Counted from the first letter of the stretch, positions 19,272 through 30,375 are shown. The stretch: 64,000 nucleotides of DNA from an uncultured Alphaproteobacteria bacterium (GCA_963707095.1 CAVPOR010000011.1:53914-117913); one strand, 5' to 3'. The notes: generated by a model not told the origin, from the sequence alone. Made by a program: numbers and translations.

Positions 19272-20060
19272 TCAGCGCATCAGGTTGGAGTCCGACTGCA
19301 GCATCTGGTCGGCGGCGGTGATCACCTTGCCGTTCATCTCGTAGGCGCGTTGCGCGGCGATCAGGTTGGTGATTTCGGTGACCGAATCGACGTTGGACTG
19401 TTCGAGATTGCCCTGCTGCAAATCGCCGGCGCCGTCGGTGCTGGGCAGGCCGTCTTGCGGCGTGCCCGAGGCCGGCGTCTCCTGGTACATGTTGTTGCCG
19501 AGCGGCAGCAGGCCGGCCTGGTTGATGAAGCGCGTCAGCGTGAACTGCCCCAGGATCGTGGGCGTGGTCTGGCCTTGCGGAATCACCGAAACCTGGCCTT
19601 GCGCGTTGATGGTCAGGCCCGTCGTATTCTGCGGGATCGTGATGGTGGGTTGCACGACATTACCCTGCGCCGTGACGATGCGGCCGGTCGCATCCATCTG
19701 GAACGAGCCGTCGCGCGTATAGGCGTAGGTGCCGTCCGGCAATTGAATCTTGAAAAAGCCGTCGCCGAGGACCGCAACATCGAGCGAGCCACCGGTCGCC
19801 GTCAGCGTGCCTTGCGTCATCAGCCGCGGCGTGCCGACGGATTTGACGCCGGAGCCGAGATCGATGCCGACGGGAAGAATATTGCCCTGCGCCGAGGTTT
19901 GCGTGCCGATCCGGCTGACGTGATCGTACAGCAAGTCCTGGAATTCGGCCCGCTGGCGTTTGTAGCCGGTGGTTGTCATGTTGGCGAGATTGTTGGCGAT
20001 GACCTGGACATTGAGTTCCATCGCCATCATTCCGCTTGAAGCGGTGCTCAGCGCGCGCAT
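19272..20060 (-). CDS. flgG: Distal rod protein
   Basis: ANNLANMTTTGYKRQRAEFQDLLY, AYTRDGSF, LEQSNVDSVTEITNLIAAQRAYEMN. Confidence 0.96.
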   Translation of the reverse strand: MRALSTASSGMMAMELNVQVIANNLANMTTTGYKRQRAEFQDLLYDHVSRIGTQTSAQGNILPVGIDLGSGVKSVGTPRLMTQGTLTATGGSLDVAVLGDGFFKIQLPDGTYAYTRDGSFQMDATGRIVTAQGNVVQPTITIPQNTTGLTINAQGQVSVIPQGQTTPTILGQFTLTRFINQAGLLPLGNNMYQETPASGTPQDGLPSTDGAGDLQQGNLEQSNVDSVTEITNLIAAQRAYEMNGKVITAADQMLQSDSNLMR

Positions 20061-20081
20061 GATTTCAATTCCCCTTCATCG

Positions 20082-20838
20082 TCAATTCGGGACTTCGGCG
20101 AGTTTGTCGATCGCCGATTGGCCAAGGTCGCTCTGCTGCTGCATGATGCCGGCGATCTGGGTGTAGCTGCGGGTGATTTCGATCATGCGCGACATCTCGA
20201 CGACGCCGCGCACATTGGATTTCTCGATGGCGCCCTGGATGCAGGGCGCCTTTGGTCGCGGGTTGCGGCTGCACGCCGCCAGTCGGGTTGAAAGTGCCGT
20301 TGCCATCTTTTTGCAGCCGTTGCGGTCTATCGAAGGTGACCAGCTTGAGCTTGCCGCGTACCGAATCGACTTTCGAGGTGCCTTCGCGCACGCTCAGCGT
20401 ACCATCGCGGCTGATCTGAACTTGCCGGTCGTTGGGCTGCAGCGTGATCGGACCGCCGTCGCCAAGCACCGGATAGCCTTCGCTGGTGACAAGCTGACCG
20501 GTCTGACTGATCTGCATCGAGCCGTTGCGGGTATAGCGTTCGCCGCGCGGTGTCTGCACCACCAGGAAACCACTGCCATCGATCGCGACATCGAGCGGGT
20601 TGCCGGTACGCTCGACCGTTCCCTGGCTCATGTCGTGCCACATGCCGCGATCGCGCACGAAGCTCACGCGGCTGCCGGTCTGGTCCGCCCGCGCGGCCGA
20701 CGACAGATATTCCTCAAACAGCGAGCCGTCGGCTTTGTAGCCGGAGGTGTTGAGGTTCGCGATGTTGTTGGCGACCACGTCAAGTTCGCGCGCGAGCGCG
20801 ACTTGGCGCGACAGTCCGACGAGAACCGCATTCTGCAT
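20082..20838 (-). CDS. flgF: Proximal rod protein (one extra base near 20240-20253)
   Basis: VVANNIANLNTSGYK, TGNPLDVAIDG, ERYTRNG, QGAIEKSNV..EMSRMIEITRSY. Confidence 0.93.
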
Positions 20839-20942
20839 CGGTATTCTCCCCTTCTATTTCCGCAAAGCCTGAGCCCTCCCGAGGCCAAGCTTGCAGACAA
20901 CGAGCGCCGCAAGCTCTCCCAAGCCGGCGGCTACAGGGTCAT

Positions 20943-21095
20943 TGCAGCCGCCGTGCCAAGTAACAAAATTTAATGAAATCAATATGTTAAGTTAAAATCG
21001 TCGAACCCTAACCGGGGGCAAAAACGGCCCTCCCGGCGGTGCGACCCGGCAAAAGATACCGGCCTGGGAAGCCCGGGAAAGCATCTGTTAACCAT
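20943..21095. promoter_or_regulatory. Divergent flgF/fliL control region: sigma54 promoter, IHF site, ftr-like enhancers, CtrA-associated 8-mer
   Basis: Minus strand TGGCAC-GGCGG-CTGCA at 20943-20958; AATCAA-TATG-TTA at 20977-20989; GGGCAAAAACGGCCC at 21016-21030; CCCGGCAAAAGATACCGG at 21045-21062; TTAACCAT at 21088-21095. Confidence 0.75.
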
Positions 21096-21196
21096 ACCGA
21101 CCTACCTTCGATCGCAGGGGAGCGCGGGGTCCGCGCCATCGCGGCGTTTCGCATCGGGACGCTGCGCGCGGGTCCGTCCGTTCGATCGGGGTCAGC

Positions 21197-21736
21197 ATGG
21201 CAGCCAAGGCAAAACAGGCGGAAGCCGAGGTCGAGGACGAGCCGGAAGCGGGTGACGACCAAGCTCCGGCAAAAAAGGGCTGGCTGCCGGCATTCAAGAT
21301 GCCGTCGCTCAAGATGATGATCATCATGGCGGCCGGCCTGCTGGTGGTCGGTGGCGGCGGGGGCGGCGCCTATTTCTATTTCTTCCGCGGCCCCACCCAA
21401 GAGAAGCCGGCGCACGCGGCGGTCAAACCGGCGCTGTTCGTCGATCTGCCTGACGTGCTGGTCAACCTGTCGAATCCGGCGAGCGAGCGTACGCAATACC
21501 TCAAAGTGAAGATCGTGCTCGAAGTCCCCGACCCAGAGGTGGTGAGCCAGATCCAGCCGCTGATGCCGCGGGTGTTGGACGCCTTCCAGACTTATTTGCG
21601 CGAATTGCGCCCGACCGATCTTGACGGCTCCGCCGGCCTCTACCGGCTCAAGGAGGAATTGACCCGCCGGGTCAATGCCGCCGTTTCGCCCAACCGCATC
21701 ACCGCCGTTCTATTCAAGGAGATCGTCGTCCAGTGA
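21197..21736 (+). CDS. fliL: Flagellar basal body-associated protein
   Basis: TM segment with GGGG, FVDLPDVLVNL, YLRELRPTDLDGSAGLYRLKEEL. Confidence 0.93.
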   Translation: MAAKAKQAEAEVEDEPEAGDDQAPAKKGWLPAFKMPSLKMMIIMAAGLLVVGGGGGGAYFYFFRGPTQEKPAHAAVKPALFVDLPDVLVNLSNPASERTQYLKVKIVLEVPDPEVVSQIQPLMPRVLDAFQTYLRELRPTDLDGSAGLYRLKEELTRRVNAAVSPNRITAVLFKEIVVQ

Positions 21737-21774
21737 CCACGCATTCGATCGAACGAAGGACGACGATCTAGCCC

Positions 21775-22987
21775 ATGGCGCCCAAAGACAAAATCGATCA
21801 AGACACGCTCGCCAAAGAATGGGACGTGGCCATGGAAAAAGAGGCCACGGCGCCGGTCGTGGCGGCCTCCGGGCCGCTAGCGACGCCCGGCACCGACGAA
21901 TCCGCCGCGCAATGGGCGGCAATGGTGGAAGAGAACAACGAGGGCACCCAGGCCGCCAAGGGCGGCGGCGGCGAGCGCATCCTCAATCAGGATGAAATCG
22001 ACAGTATGCTCGGTTTCAGCCTGACCGACGTGACGATGAGCGATAATTCCGGCATTCGCGCCATTATCAACTCGGCGATGGTGTCTTACGAGCGCTTGCC
22101 GATGCTCGAGATCGTGTTCGACCGCCTGGTGCGGTTGATGACGACGAGCCTCCGCAATTTCACTTCCGACAACGTCGAGGTCTCACTCGACCGCATCACC
22201 TCGGTGCGCTTCGGCGATTATCTCAATTCGATCCCGCTGCCGGCAATCCTGGCGGTATTCAAAGCCGAGGAGTGGGACAATTTCGGTCTCGCCACAGTCA
22301 ATTCCAGCCTGATCTATTCGATCATCGACGTGCTGCTCGGCGGCCGGCGCGGACAGGACACGGTGCGCGTGGAAGGCCGTCCCTACACGACGATCGAGAC
22401 CAACCTGGTCAAGCGCATGATCGAGGTCGTGCTGGCGGATGCCGAGCTCGCATTCAAGCCGCTCTCGCCGGTCAATTTCAACATCGACCGGCTGGAGACC
22501 AACCCGCGCTTCGCCGCCATCTCGCGGCCGGCCAATGCCGCGATCCTGGTGCGGCTGCGCATCGACATGGAAGATCGCGGCGGCAATATCGAACTGCTGC
22601 TGCCTTACGCGACCATCGAGCCGATCCGCGCCACGCTTGCTGCAGATGTTCATGGGCGAGAAGTTCGGCCGCGATCCGATCTGGGAAGGCCATCTCGCGA
22701 CCGAAATCGGCCAGGCGCAGATCGACGTCGATGCCGTGCTGTATGAGGCGCGGCTGCCGTTGCGCAAAATGATGAGCCTTAGCGTCGGCGACACGCTTCC
22801 GCTTGAGATCAAACCGGACGCGCTGGTGACCGTGCGCTGCGGCGAGATCGCGCTGACCGAAGGCCGCATGGGCAAAGTCGGCGACCGCGTCGCGGTACGG
22901 GTCGCCAGAGCCTTGCGCAAACCGCGGACGACGTTCGCCATGTTCGAGAAGGCCGACGAGTCCACCAATCGAATGGAGACGCCGTGA
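21775..22987 (+). CDS. fliM: Flagellar motor switch protein (one extra T at 22637-22638)
   Basis: ILNQDEIDSML, YERLPMLEIVFDR, RLETNPRFA, C-terminal SpoA domain; 1213 nt minus 1 = 404 codons. Confidence 0.94.
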
Positions 22988-23415
22988 GCTATCATTATGG
23001 ATTTATGGTCGAGAGCATGGTCTCGATCCTGCTGCTGCTCACGATCCTGTATTGCGTGAAACTCAACAAGCAGCTTCGCCTGCTCAAGGCCGACGAGCAG
23101 ACGCTGCGCGCGACCATTTCCGAACTGATCACCGCCACCGAAATCGCCGAGCGCGCCATTGCCGGTCTGAAATCGACCATGCGCGAAGGCGAGCAGAGCC
23201 TCGGCCAACGGCTGCAACGGGTGGAGACGTTCTCCGCCGACCTCGAGCGCCAGCTCACCGCCGGCGAGCAACTAATGGCGCGACTCGTGCGCATCGCCGG
23301 CGCCGCGCGGCCGGCTGATGAACCGGCCGGCGTTCCCGACGCCAAGACAGTGGCTGCGGCAGCGCAAGCTTTCGCCGAACGCGCGCGTGCGCGGGTGCGC
23401 GGTCTTGCCGCATGA
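22984..23415 (+). CDS. DUF6468 / PflI-like bitopic coiled-coil protein
   Basis: N-terminal TM segment, then ISELITATEIAERAIAGLK coiled coil; conserved position after fliM. Confidence 0.65.
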   Translation: MSYHYGFMVESMVSILLLLTILYCVKLNKQLRLLKADEQTLRATISELITATEIAERAIAGLKSTMREGEQSLGQRLQRVETFSADLERQLTAGEQLMARLVRIAGAARPADEPAGVPDAKTVAAAAQAFAERARARVRGLAA

Positions 23416-24281
23416 GACGCCGGGCGCGTGATTTTCGGCTGATCCCGGTCGTGCTGCTGGCGACCATCTGCCTATTCGCGCTCAAAGTATCGGGTCTGGT
23501 GTTCGACGGCGGCTACACGCTGGCCGAACGGCTGCAAGGCGCCGGCCGGACCGATATGCAAGCCACAACACGCGAGAGCGTGCCCGACTATCCGAAAATT
23601 GTCGTCGCCGGCGGACGGGCCCCGCTGCCGGCAGCGTCCGCGCCGGCGTCCAAGCAGCCCTGGGCGAAGGAAATGTTGAATTTCGGCGACAATGCCGGCG
23701 ACATCACCGGCTCCGTCGGCGAGGAAAAGCCGAGTGGCCCGCCGCTTAAGGTCACCGACAAGGCGCCGGATCCGCCCAAGCTGGAGGTCGGCAGCGTATC
23801 GGTGCCGATGCAAGCCGGACAGCTCGCCTCGGCCGGCGAGCGCGCCGTCCTTGAGCGCCTGCAAGAGCGCCGCAAGGAGCTCGATACCCGCGGCCGCGAA
23901 CTGGAAATGCGCGAGAGCCTGCTGAAGGCCACCGAGAAGCGGTTGGAGGCCAAGTTTGCTGAAATCAAGGACGTGGAGACGCGCGTCAACACCACTTTGG
24001 GCAATCGCGATAAGGCGGAGGCGCAGCGCTTCAAAGACATCGTCTTGATGTATGAAAATATGAAGTCCAAGGACGCCGCCCGTATCCTGGAGCGGCTCGA
24101 TATGAAGATCCAGGCCGAAGTCGCGAGCCAGATCAAGCCGGCCAAAATGTCTGAAATCCTGGCGCAGATGACGCCGGAAGCGGCCGAGCGGCTCACCAGC
24201 GAACTGGCCCGCCGCGCGGACGTCAAATCGCAGAATCCGGGTCAATTGCCGAAGATCGAAGGCAAGCCGGCCGGCACCTGA
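23412..24281 (+). CDS. motE: MotE/FlbB-family flagellar protein
   Basis: TM segment, coiled coil (ERRKELD), MYENMKSKDAARI, MSEILAQMTPEAA. Confidence 0.75.
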   Translation: MRRRARDFRLIPVVLLATICLFALKVSGLVFDGGYTLAERLQGAGRTDMQATTRESVPDYPKIVVAGGRAPLPAASAPASKQPWAKEMLNFGDNAGDITGSVGEEKPSGPPLKVTDKAPDPPKLEVGSVSVPMQAGQLASAGERAVLERLQERRKELDTRGRELEMRESLLKATEKRLEAKFAEIKDVETRVNTTLGNRDKAEAQRFKDIVLMYENMKSKDAARILERLDMKIQAEVASQIKPAKMSEILAQMTPEAAERLTSELARRADVKSQNPGQLPKIEGKPAGT

Positions 24282-24312
24282 GTGCCTGAGAAAGGCGCCC
24301 GTTAGCCGCACG

Positions 24313-24328
24313 GTTAACGCGACGTTAA
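24313..24328. promoter_or_regulatory. Consensus CtrA box
   Basis: GTTAA-CGCGACG-TTAA, a perfect TTAA-N7-TTAAC on the minus strand. Confidence 0.75.
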
Positions 24329-24381
24329 ACGCCAAACCCTAGGCTGTTACCGCCGGCATTGTCGCCGGCTGGAACGGCTGC

Positions 24382-27300
24382 ATGACGGCATCGCCACCCA
24401 GCCCAACGGGGACGCGCGCGCATCCGCACGCGCGAAGGCCGTGGCATGGCTGCCGTATATTGACGGCCGTCATCGTGCAAGCGCTGATCTTGCTGGCGCC
24501 GGGCTTCGGCGGACGCGCGCAAGCCGAAACCCGGGTCAAAGGCGAGGTCAAGGTCACCACCGACGGCGGCTTCGCGCGCCTGGCATTTCGCTTCGAAAAG
24601 GAAATGCCGGCCACCGTCAATCTCAATTATCCAATCATTGTAGTGACGTTCAAGGCGCCGGTGACGATTGCCCTCGATCCTCTCAGTGGGGGCGCAGCGG
24701 ACTATATCAGCGCCGCGCGACTCGACCCCGACGGCACCTCGATCCGCATTGCGCTCAAGCATCAGGTCAAGCTCAACGTCTCCCCCATCGCCGAACAGCT
24801 TTACGTCGATCTGCTGCCGGCAAACTGGTCCGGCATCATGCCGGGCCTGCCATCCGACGTCGTGCTTGAACTCGCTAACCGCGCGCTTGAAGCCGAACGC
24901 CAATTGCGTCTGCAACGGGCGACCCCCAAAGAGAAGAAGACGCAGGAATTCCGCGTCAAGGTCGCGACCCAGCCGACCTTTATCCGCTACGTCTTCGCGA
25001 TGCCGGACCTGGCCAATGTGGTGCCCGAAAACGCCGATGGAAAGCTGACGCTCGATTTCGATCAGGCGATCAAATGGGATTTGGCGGATGCCAAAGCGGG
25101 TTTGCCAGCGACGCTGCAATCGATCGATTCCGACATTGCGGACAATTCGACGACCGTCACGTTTGCTTTCAAGGGCGCGCCGCAGGTGCGTACGTTCCGC
25201 GAGGACCGCAGTATCGTGGTCGATGTCGATCGCGAAGGCTCCAAGCCCAAGCAAGTTGCGGGCGAGGGCGTCAAGCCCCCACAAGCTATCGCAGCGGCGC
25301 CCGCAGGCCCCGCCATCGAACCACCGGAGACCGTGCCCGCGAAAGACGCCGCCGCGGAATCAGCGGCCGGACAGGCCGCGACCAACCCGGCCGGGGAGGC
25401 GGTGCAGAAAGCGGCCGAGGCCGCCGAGCCGAAAGACGATACCAAGCCGGCAATAGCCGAAACAAAGTCACCGCCGCCCAATCCGGATGCGCCGGTCGTC
25501 GTGACGTTGCGCCAGCCGGGCGACCTGTTGCTCGCCGAATTCCCCTTTGCCGTTGCGACGCCGGCCGCCGTGTTCAGCCGCGCCGATACGGTCTGGCTGG
25601 TGTTCGACAGCACGGCCAAGATCGATATCGGCGCGCTCGCCAACGATCCCACGCATGCCATACGCAGCGCCGTGCTTGAGCATGGCGCGGACGGCGAGGC
25701 GATCGTGCGCCTCAAGTTGGAGCGCCCGCGCCTGGTGAGCCTGGAGGCGGACGGCCCAAGCTGGAACGTCACCGTCGCCGATACCGTCACGACGGCGAGC
25801 CGCCCGCTGATCATCGCCCGCAACATCGTCAGTAAGGGCCGAGCCAGCATCACGGTCCCGTTCGAGAAGCCGAGCAAGCTCCATTGGCTCACTGACCACG
25901 GCGGCGACCGGCTGATGGTGATTACCTCGCTCGGGCCGGCGCGCGGTTTCCTGAAAGGTCAGAATTTCGTCGAATTGCGTGCCCTGCCGTCCACCCACGG
26001 CGTGGTACTGCAGCCGCTCGCTGACGATCTCACCGCGGAACTATCCGTCGACAAAATCGTCATCGACCGTCCGGGCGGGCTCTCGCTGTCGTCGTCGACA
26101 ATCGGCCAAGACCGGCGGTTGGACAGCAGCACCGGCGCCCTGAGCTTCGATACCCAGCTCTGGGGCTTCGACCGTCAGGCCAAGTTTGGCACCCGCGAAG
26201 CCGAACTCATCCAGTCCGCCGCCATGGCGCCCCCGACGAAACGTAAACAGGCGCGGTTTAATCTCGCGCGCTTCTATCTTGCCCGCGAAATGGCGTCGGA
26301 AGCCAAGGCGGTGCTCGACGTCGCGCTGTCCGACAAGACCAGCGCCGACGACGTTACCGGCACCGTGCTCAGGGCGGTCGCCGAGGTCATGCTCGATCGG
26401 CCCGCCGACGCGCTCAAGCATTTGTCCAACCCGCGGGTCGGCAACCAGCTCGATGCGCCGATCTGGCGCGCGATTGCCTATGCCCGCGAAAGAAAATGGT
26501 CGCAGGCTTACGCCGCCTTCAAGGACGTCGACAACGCCGTGGCCGCGCTGCCGCTCGAATTGCAACGCTTCGCGCTACGCAACGCGATGCGATCCGCCAT
26601 CGAGGTGCGCGACTTTAATGGCGCCGACCGTCTCCTCAACGAGATCGAAAGCCTTGGTGTGCCGCCCGAGATGGCGCCGGGCATGGCAGTACTGACCGGG
26701 CGCTTGAAGCAGGCCCTCGGCCACAACTACGATGCGCTCGCCAGTTATCGCGCCGCTGCGGACTTCGAGCGACCGGCGCGCCGCCGCGCGCGGCCGATTG
26801 CGCGAGATCGCGCTCCAGCTGAAGAATGGCGACATGCCTCGCCCGGACGCGATCAACGCGCTCGAATTGCTCACCACGATCTGGCGCGGCGACGAGACCG
26901 AAGCGGAAGGATTAGCGCTACTCGCGCATCTTTACAGGCTGGATAAGCGCTACCGCGAAGAACTCCACACCTGGCGCGTGGCGTTGCTGTCGCATCCCAA
27001 TTCCGACTACACGCGCACGATCCAGGACGAAGCGGCGGTGACATTCGACGAGTTGTTCATGGGCGGCAAGGCCGACACACTGCCGCCGGTCGAAGCACTC
27101 GGCATGTTCTACGACTACCGGGATTTGACACCGATAGGCCGGCGCGGCGACGAGATGATCCGCCGGCTCACCGACCGGCTGGTCTCGGTCGACCTGCTCG
27201 ATCAGGCCGCCGAATTGCTCCAGCACCAGGTCGATCACCGCCTGCAGGGCGCGGCGCGCGCACAGGTCGCGACCCGGCTCGCCGTCATCTATCTCATGAA

Positions 27301-27976
27301 TCGCAAGCCCGATCGCGCGATCTCCACCCTGCAGACGACCCGCACCGCGGATCTGTCCAATGAACTGCGCGACCAACGCCTGCTGTTGGAGGCGCGCGCT
27401 TTGTCCGACGTCGGCCGGCATGATCTCGCGCTGGAATTGATCGCCGCTATCAACAGCCATGAGGCGATTCGCCTGCGCTCGGATGTTTTATGGGCGGCGC
27501 GGCGCTGGCGCGCGGCCGCCGAGCAGATCGAATTGCTCTACGGCGAGCGTTGGCACGACTTCACGCCGCTGGACGAGACCGAGCGCTTCGATATCCTGCG
27601 CGCGGCGATCGGCTATGCGCTCGGCGAGGAGCCGATTGGGCTGGCGCGCTTGCGCGAGAAATATTCCGCCAAGATGGCGGGGACGCCGGACAGCCGCGCC
27701 TTCGATGTGGTCAGCGCGCCGGTCGGCAGCGCCAGCGCCGACTTCCAGGAGATCGCCAAGAAAATAGCGGGCGTCGATTCGCTCGATGCCTTCCTGCGCG
27801 ATATGCGCACGCGCTATCCGGATTCGGCGCCGATTTCACCGGGGGCTAAAGCCGCGCCGCCCGCCGCCGTCCCCGCAAAATCGAAAGAAAAGACCTCGCA
27901 ATCGGCGCCGCCCGAGAAGGCGCCGAGCAAGCCCGATAAAACGCCGACTGGATCGATTTCGCGCACCGCGCGCTGA
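24382..27976 (+). CDS. Large exported TPR-containing flagellar cluster protein (about 1197 aa; one extra G at 26760-26761)
   Basis: Signal peptide, beta-rich N-terminal modules, helical repeats, LTPIGRRGDEMIRRL..DLLDQAAELLQHQV. The two ORFs join by removing one base. Confidence 0.8.
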
Positions 27977-28013
27977 CAGGCGTGCAGCAGGCGCACTTCG
28001 AGCGTCGATTGAT

Positions 28014-28772
28014 CTAAGTGCCGTAGCTCTGAATGAGCGAGCCGGCCACCAGGCTCCAGCCGTCCACTAGCACGAAGAAGATCAGCTTGAACGGCAGTGA
28101 CACCACCACTGGCGGCAGCATCATCATGCCCATCGACATCAACACCGAGGCAACCACCAGGTCGATGATCAGGAACGGCAGAAACAGCAGGAAGCCGATC
28201 TCGAAGGCGCGCTTGAGCTCGGAGATCATGAAGGCCGGCACCAGCACGCGCAGCGAGATGTCCTCGGGCTTTGCCGGTTCGGGCTCCTTCGCCATGTCGA
28301 CGAACAGCTTGAGGTCCTTGTCGCGCACGTTCTTTTCCATGAAGGCGCGCAACGGCACGGAGCCGCGCTCGAAAGCCTGCTCGGCGGTGATCTCATTGGC
28401 GAGCAGCGGCCGGATGCCGGTCTCATAAGTCTTCTGCAGCGCCGGGCCCATCACGAAGGCCGTCAGAAACAGCGCGAGCGAGACGATAACTGCATTGGGC
28501 GGGGCGGTGGCGGTGCCGAGCGCGGTGCGCAACAGGGAGAGCACGACGACAATACGGGTGAACGACGTCATCATGATGAGGATCGACGGCGCCAGCGACA
28601 GCACCGTGAGCAGCGCGATCATCTGGACCACGCGTTCGGTCAGTCCGCTGCCTTGTGCGAAGTTGACGCTGATGTCCTGCGCGCTGGCGGGCTGCATGCC
28701 CGCCGCGATCAGCCCGGCTACTCCGACCACCACCGTCAAAAGACGGACACGGCGGTCGGAAATGCCTATCAC
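28014..28772 (-). CDS. fliP: Flagellar export gate protein
   Basis: MTSFTRIVVV, PAFMISELKRAFEIGF, LPFKLIFFVLVDGW. Confidence 0.97.
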   Translation of the reverse strand: MIGISDRRVRLLTVVVGVAGLIAAGMQPASAQDISVNFAQGSGLTERVVQMIALLTVLSLAPSILIMMTSFTRIVVVLSLLRTALGTATAPPNAVIVSLALFLTAFVMGPALQKTYETGIRPLLANEITAEQAFERGSVPLRAFMEKNVRDKDLKLFVDMAKEPEPAKPEDISLRVLVPAFMISELKRAFEIGFLLFLPFLIIDLVVASVLMSMGMMMLPPVVVSLPFKLIFFVLVDGWSLVAGSLIQSYGT

Positions 28773-29656
28773 GTCTTTCCTGGCGGACGGCCCAGCAAGC
28801 TGGCCATCTCCTCTTCGAGATTGTCGAAATTTGACTTGGCCGCCGCTGCCGGCTCGACCTTGGGATTAGCCTCGAACTTGGGTTCGATGCGCGGCTTGAA
28901 GTCACGTGGCGGCGCCGGTTTGGCGAGCGGCGCGGCCAGGGGATCGGTTACCGGCGGGCGGCTTTCCGGCGTGGGCCCACGGCGCAACGCGGCTTCGAGT
29001 TGCTGCGCCATCTCGGCCAGGTTGTGATCGGTCTGCGCCGCGGCGGCGGGCTCAGCGGGCGCCGGCGGTACGACGGGCGCGACATTCGGACGCGGCGCCG
29101 GCTCGATGCGCGCAACTGGCGCGGGTGCGGCCGGCTCGGGCGCACTGGGGCGCGTAGGAAATTCGGGGGCCAGGCCGGGGAGGGTGTCGGCAGGCCGCGG
29201 GCGCGCACCCGGTTCAGGCGCCAGCCACGGTTCCTCGGTGGCGGACGTTCGCGCGGGGCGGGACGGCGGCGGGAGCGGCGTCGGTTCGCTCAAGGGCTGC
29301 AACGGCCAGGAGTTATCGACCGTTGCGGTTTGCCGCGCGGCGGGCTCGCGCGCCACGTCGCGTCCGCCAGTCGCACGCACGATGTTGGGCTCGACCACCA
29401 CGTCGGTCGGTCCACCGATCATCAACAGGTGCTCGACATTGTCGCGGCGGATCAGCACCAGGCGCCGGCGGCCGTCAACGGTGGCGGCGTCGATCACGGC
29501 CAGCCGCGGCTGGCGTCCGCGCGCGTTGCCGCCGAGCCGGTTGGAGCCGAACCGGCGCACCAGCCACGCGGTCAGGCCGATCAGCGCGAGAACCACCGCA
29601 AATGCGATGAAGAACTTCGCGGCCAGCGGCATATCGGGGCCGAACAGCTCGAACAT
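28769..29656 (-). CDS. fliO: Flagellar biosynthesis protein FliO with Pro-rich extension
   Basis: TM segment, RLAVIDAATVDGRRRLVLIRRDNVEHLLMIG, C-terminal LEEEMASLLGR. Confidence 0.88.
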   Translation of the reverse strand: MFELFGPDMPLAAKFFIAFAVVLALIGLTAWLVRRFGSNRLGGNARGRQPRLAVIDAATVDGRRRLVLIRRDNVEHLLMIGGPTDVVVEPNIVRATGGRDVAREPAARQTATVDNSWPLQPLSEPTPLPPPSRPARTSATEEPWLAPEPGARPRPADTLPGLAPEFPTRPSAPEPAAPAPVARIEPAPRPNVAPVVPPAPAEPAAAAQTDHNLAEMAQQLEAALRRGPTPESRPPVTDPLAAPLAKPAPPRDFKPRIEPKFEANPKVEPAAAAKSNFDNLEEEMASLLGRPPGKT

Positions 29657-29707
29657 CAAAAGCGCTCCGTAGCTGGTGCGGGGGCACCTTGGACGGGAAT
29701 CGCCCAA

Positions 29708-29891
29708 ATGGTTAATTCCGTAAAGCACAATTTGCCGCCCGGATTACTAACAGAGCCTTAACAAATATCAGGCCTTTTGCCATCCCACCGCGGGTTTGCC
29801 TTGTTTGTGCTTGGTAAACGGGCTCCGGGGGCAGGGTGTTCCATCCCTATTCTTTTACCCGCCATTAACCATACGCCCGGCAAAGTCTGCC
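29708..29891. promoter_or_regulatory. Divergent fliO/flgB control region with CtrA boxes and ftr-like sites
   Basis: ATGGTTAA at 29708-29715; CTAA-N7-TTAAC at 29747-29762; TTTA-N7-TTAACCAT at 29854-29872; CCCGGCAAAGTCTGCC at 29876-29891. Confidence 0.68.
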
Positions 29892-29933
29892 TAGTGCGGC
29901 GCGGCCGCACACGGGACTTGCGAGGGCTGGCCC

Positions 29934-30353
29934 ATGGCGATCACTGACATTCCGATCCTGTCGATGCTGCGGACCAAGCTGCAATGGGCCCAGCAGCGCC
30001 AGGAAGTGCTGGCCGAAAACGTCGCCAATGCCGATACGCCCAGCTACCGCTCGCGCGACCTGGCGCCGCTGAAATTCGAGGCGCCGACGCAAGTGAGCGC
30101 GCCGCCGCTCACCACCGTCGCGCTGCTGCGCACCGAAGACGGCCATATCGCCGGGATCGGCCAAAGCGACACGCCGTTCAAATCCAAAGGTGAAAACAAT
30201 TACGAGGTGCGCCCGACCGGCAATGCCGTGAACCTCGAGCAAGAGATGATGAAAGTGGCAGCAAACCAGATGGACTACCAGGCCGTCACCGCTCTCTACA
30301 TGCGCAGCCTCAGCCTGCTGAAACTCGCGCTCGGCAAGGGCGGGACTTCGTAG
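29934..30353 (+). CDS. flgB: Proximal rod protein
   Basis: RQEVLAENVANADTPSY, GNAVNLEQEMMK. Confidence 0.95.
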   Translation: MAITDIPILSMLRTKLQWAQQRQEVLAENVANADTPSYRSRDLAPLKFEAPTQVSAPPLTTVALLRTEDGHIAGIGQSDTPFKSKGENNYEVRPTGNAVNLEQEMMKVAANQMDYQAVTALYMRSLSLLKLALGKGGTS

Positions 30354-30375
30354 CGATTGACCGAAGGAGAACGAC

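Noticed and set aside
12010-22640. Phase variation or programmed frameshifting of flagellar genes
   Set aside because: The sites are not long homopolymer or repeat tracts or slippery heptamers, and the same insertions hit fumarase and opgC.
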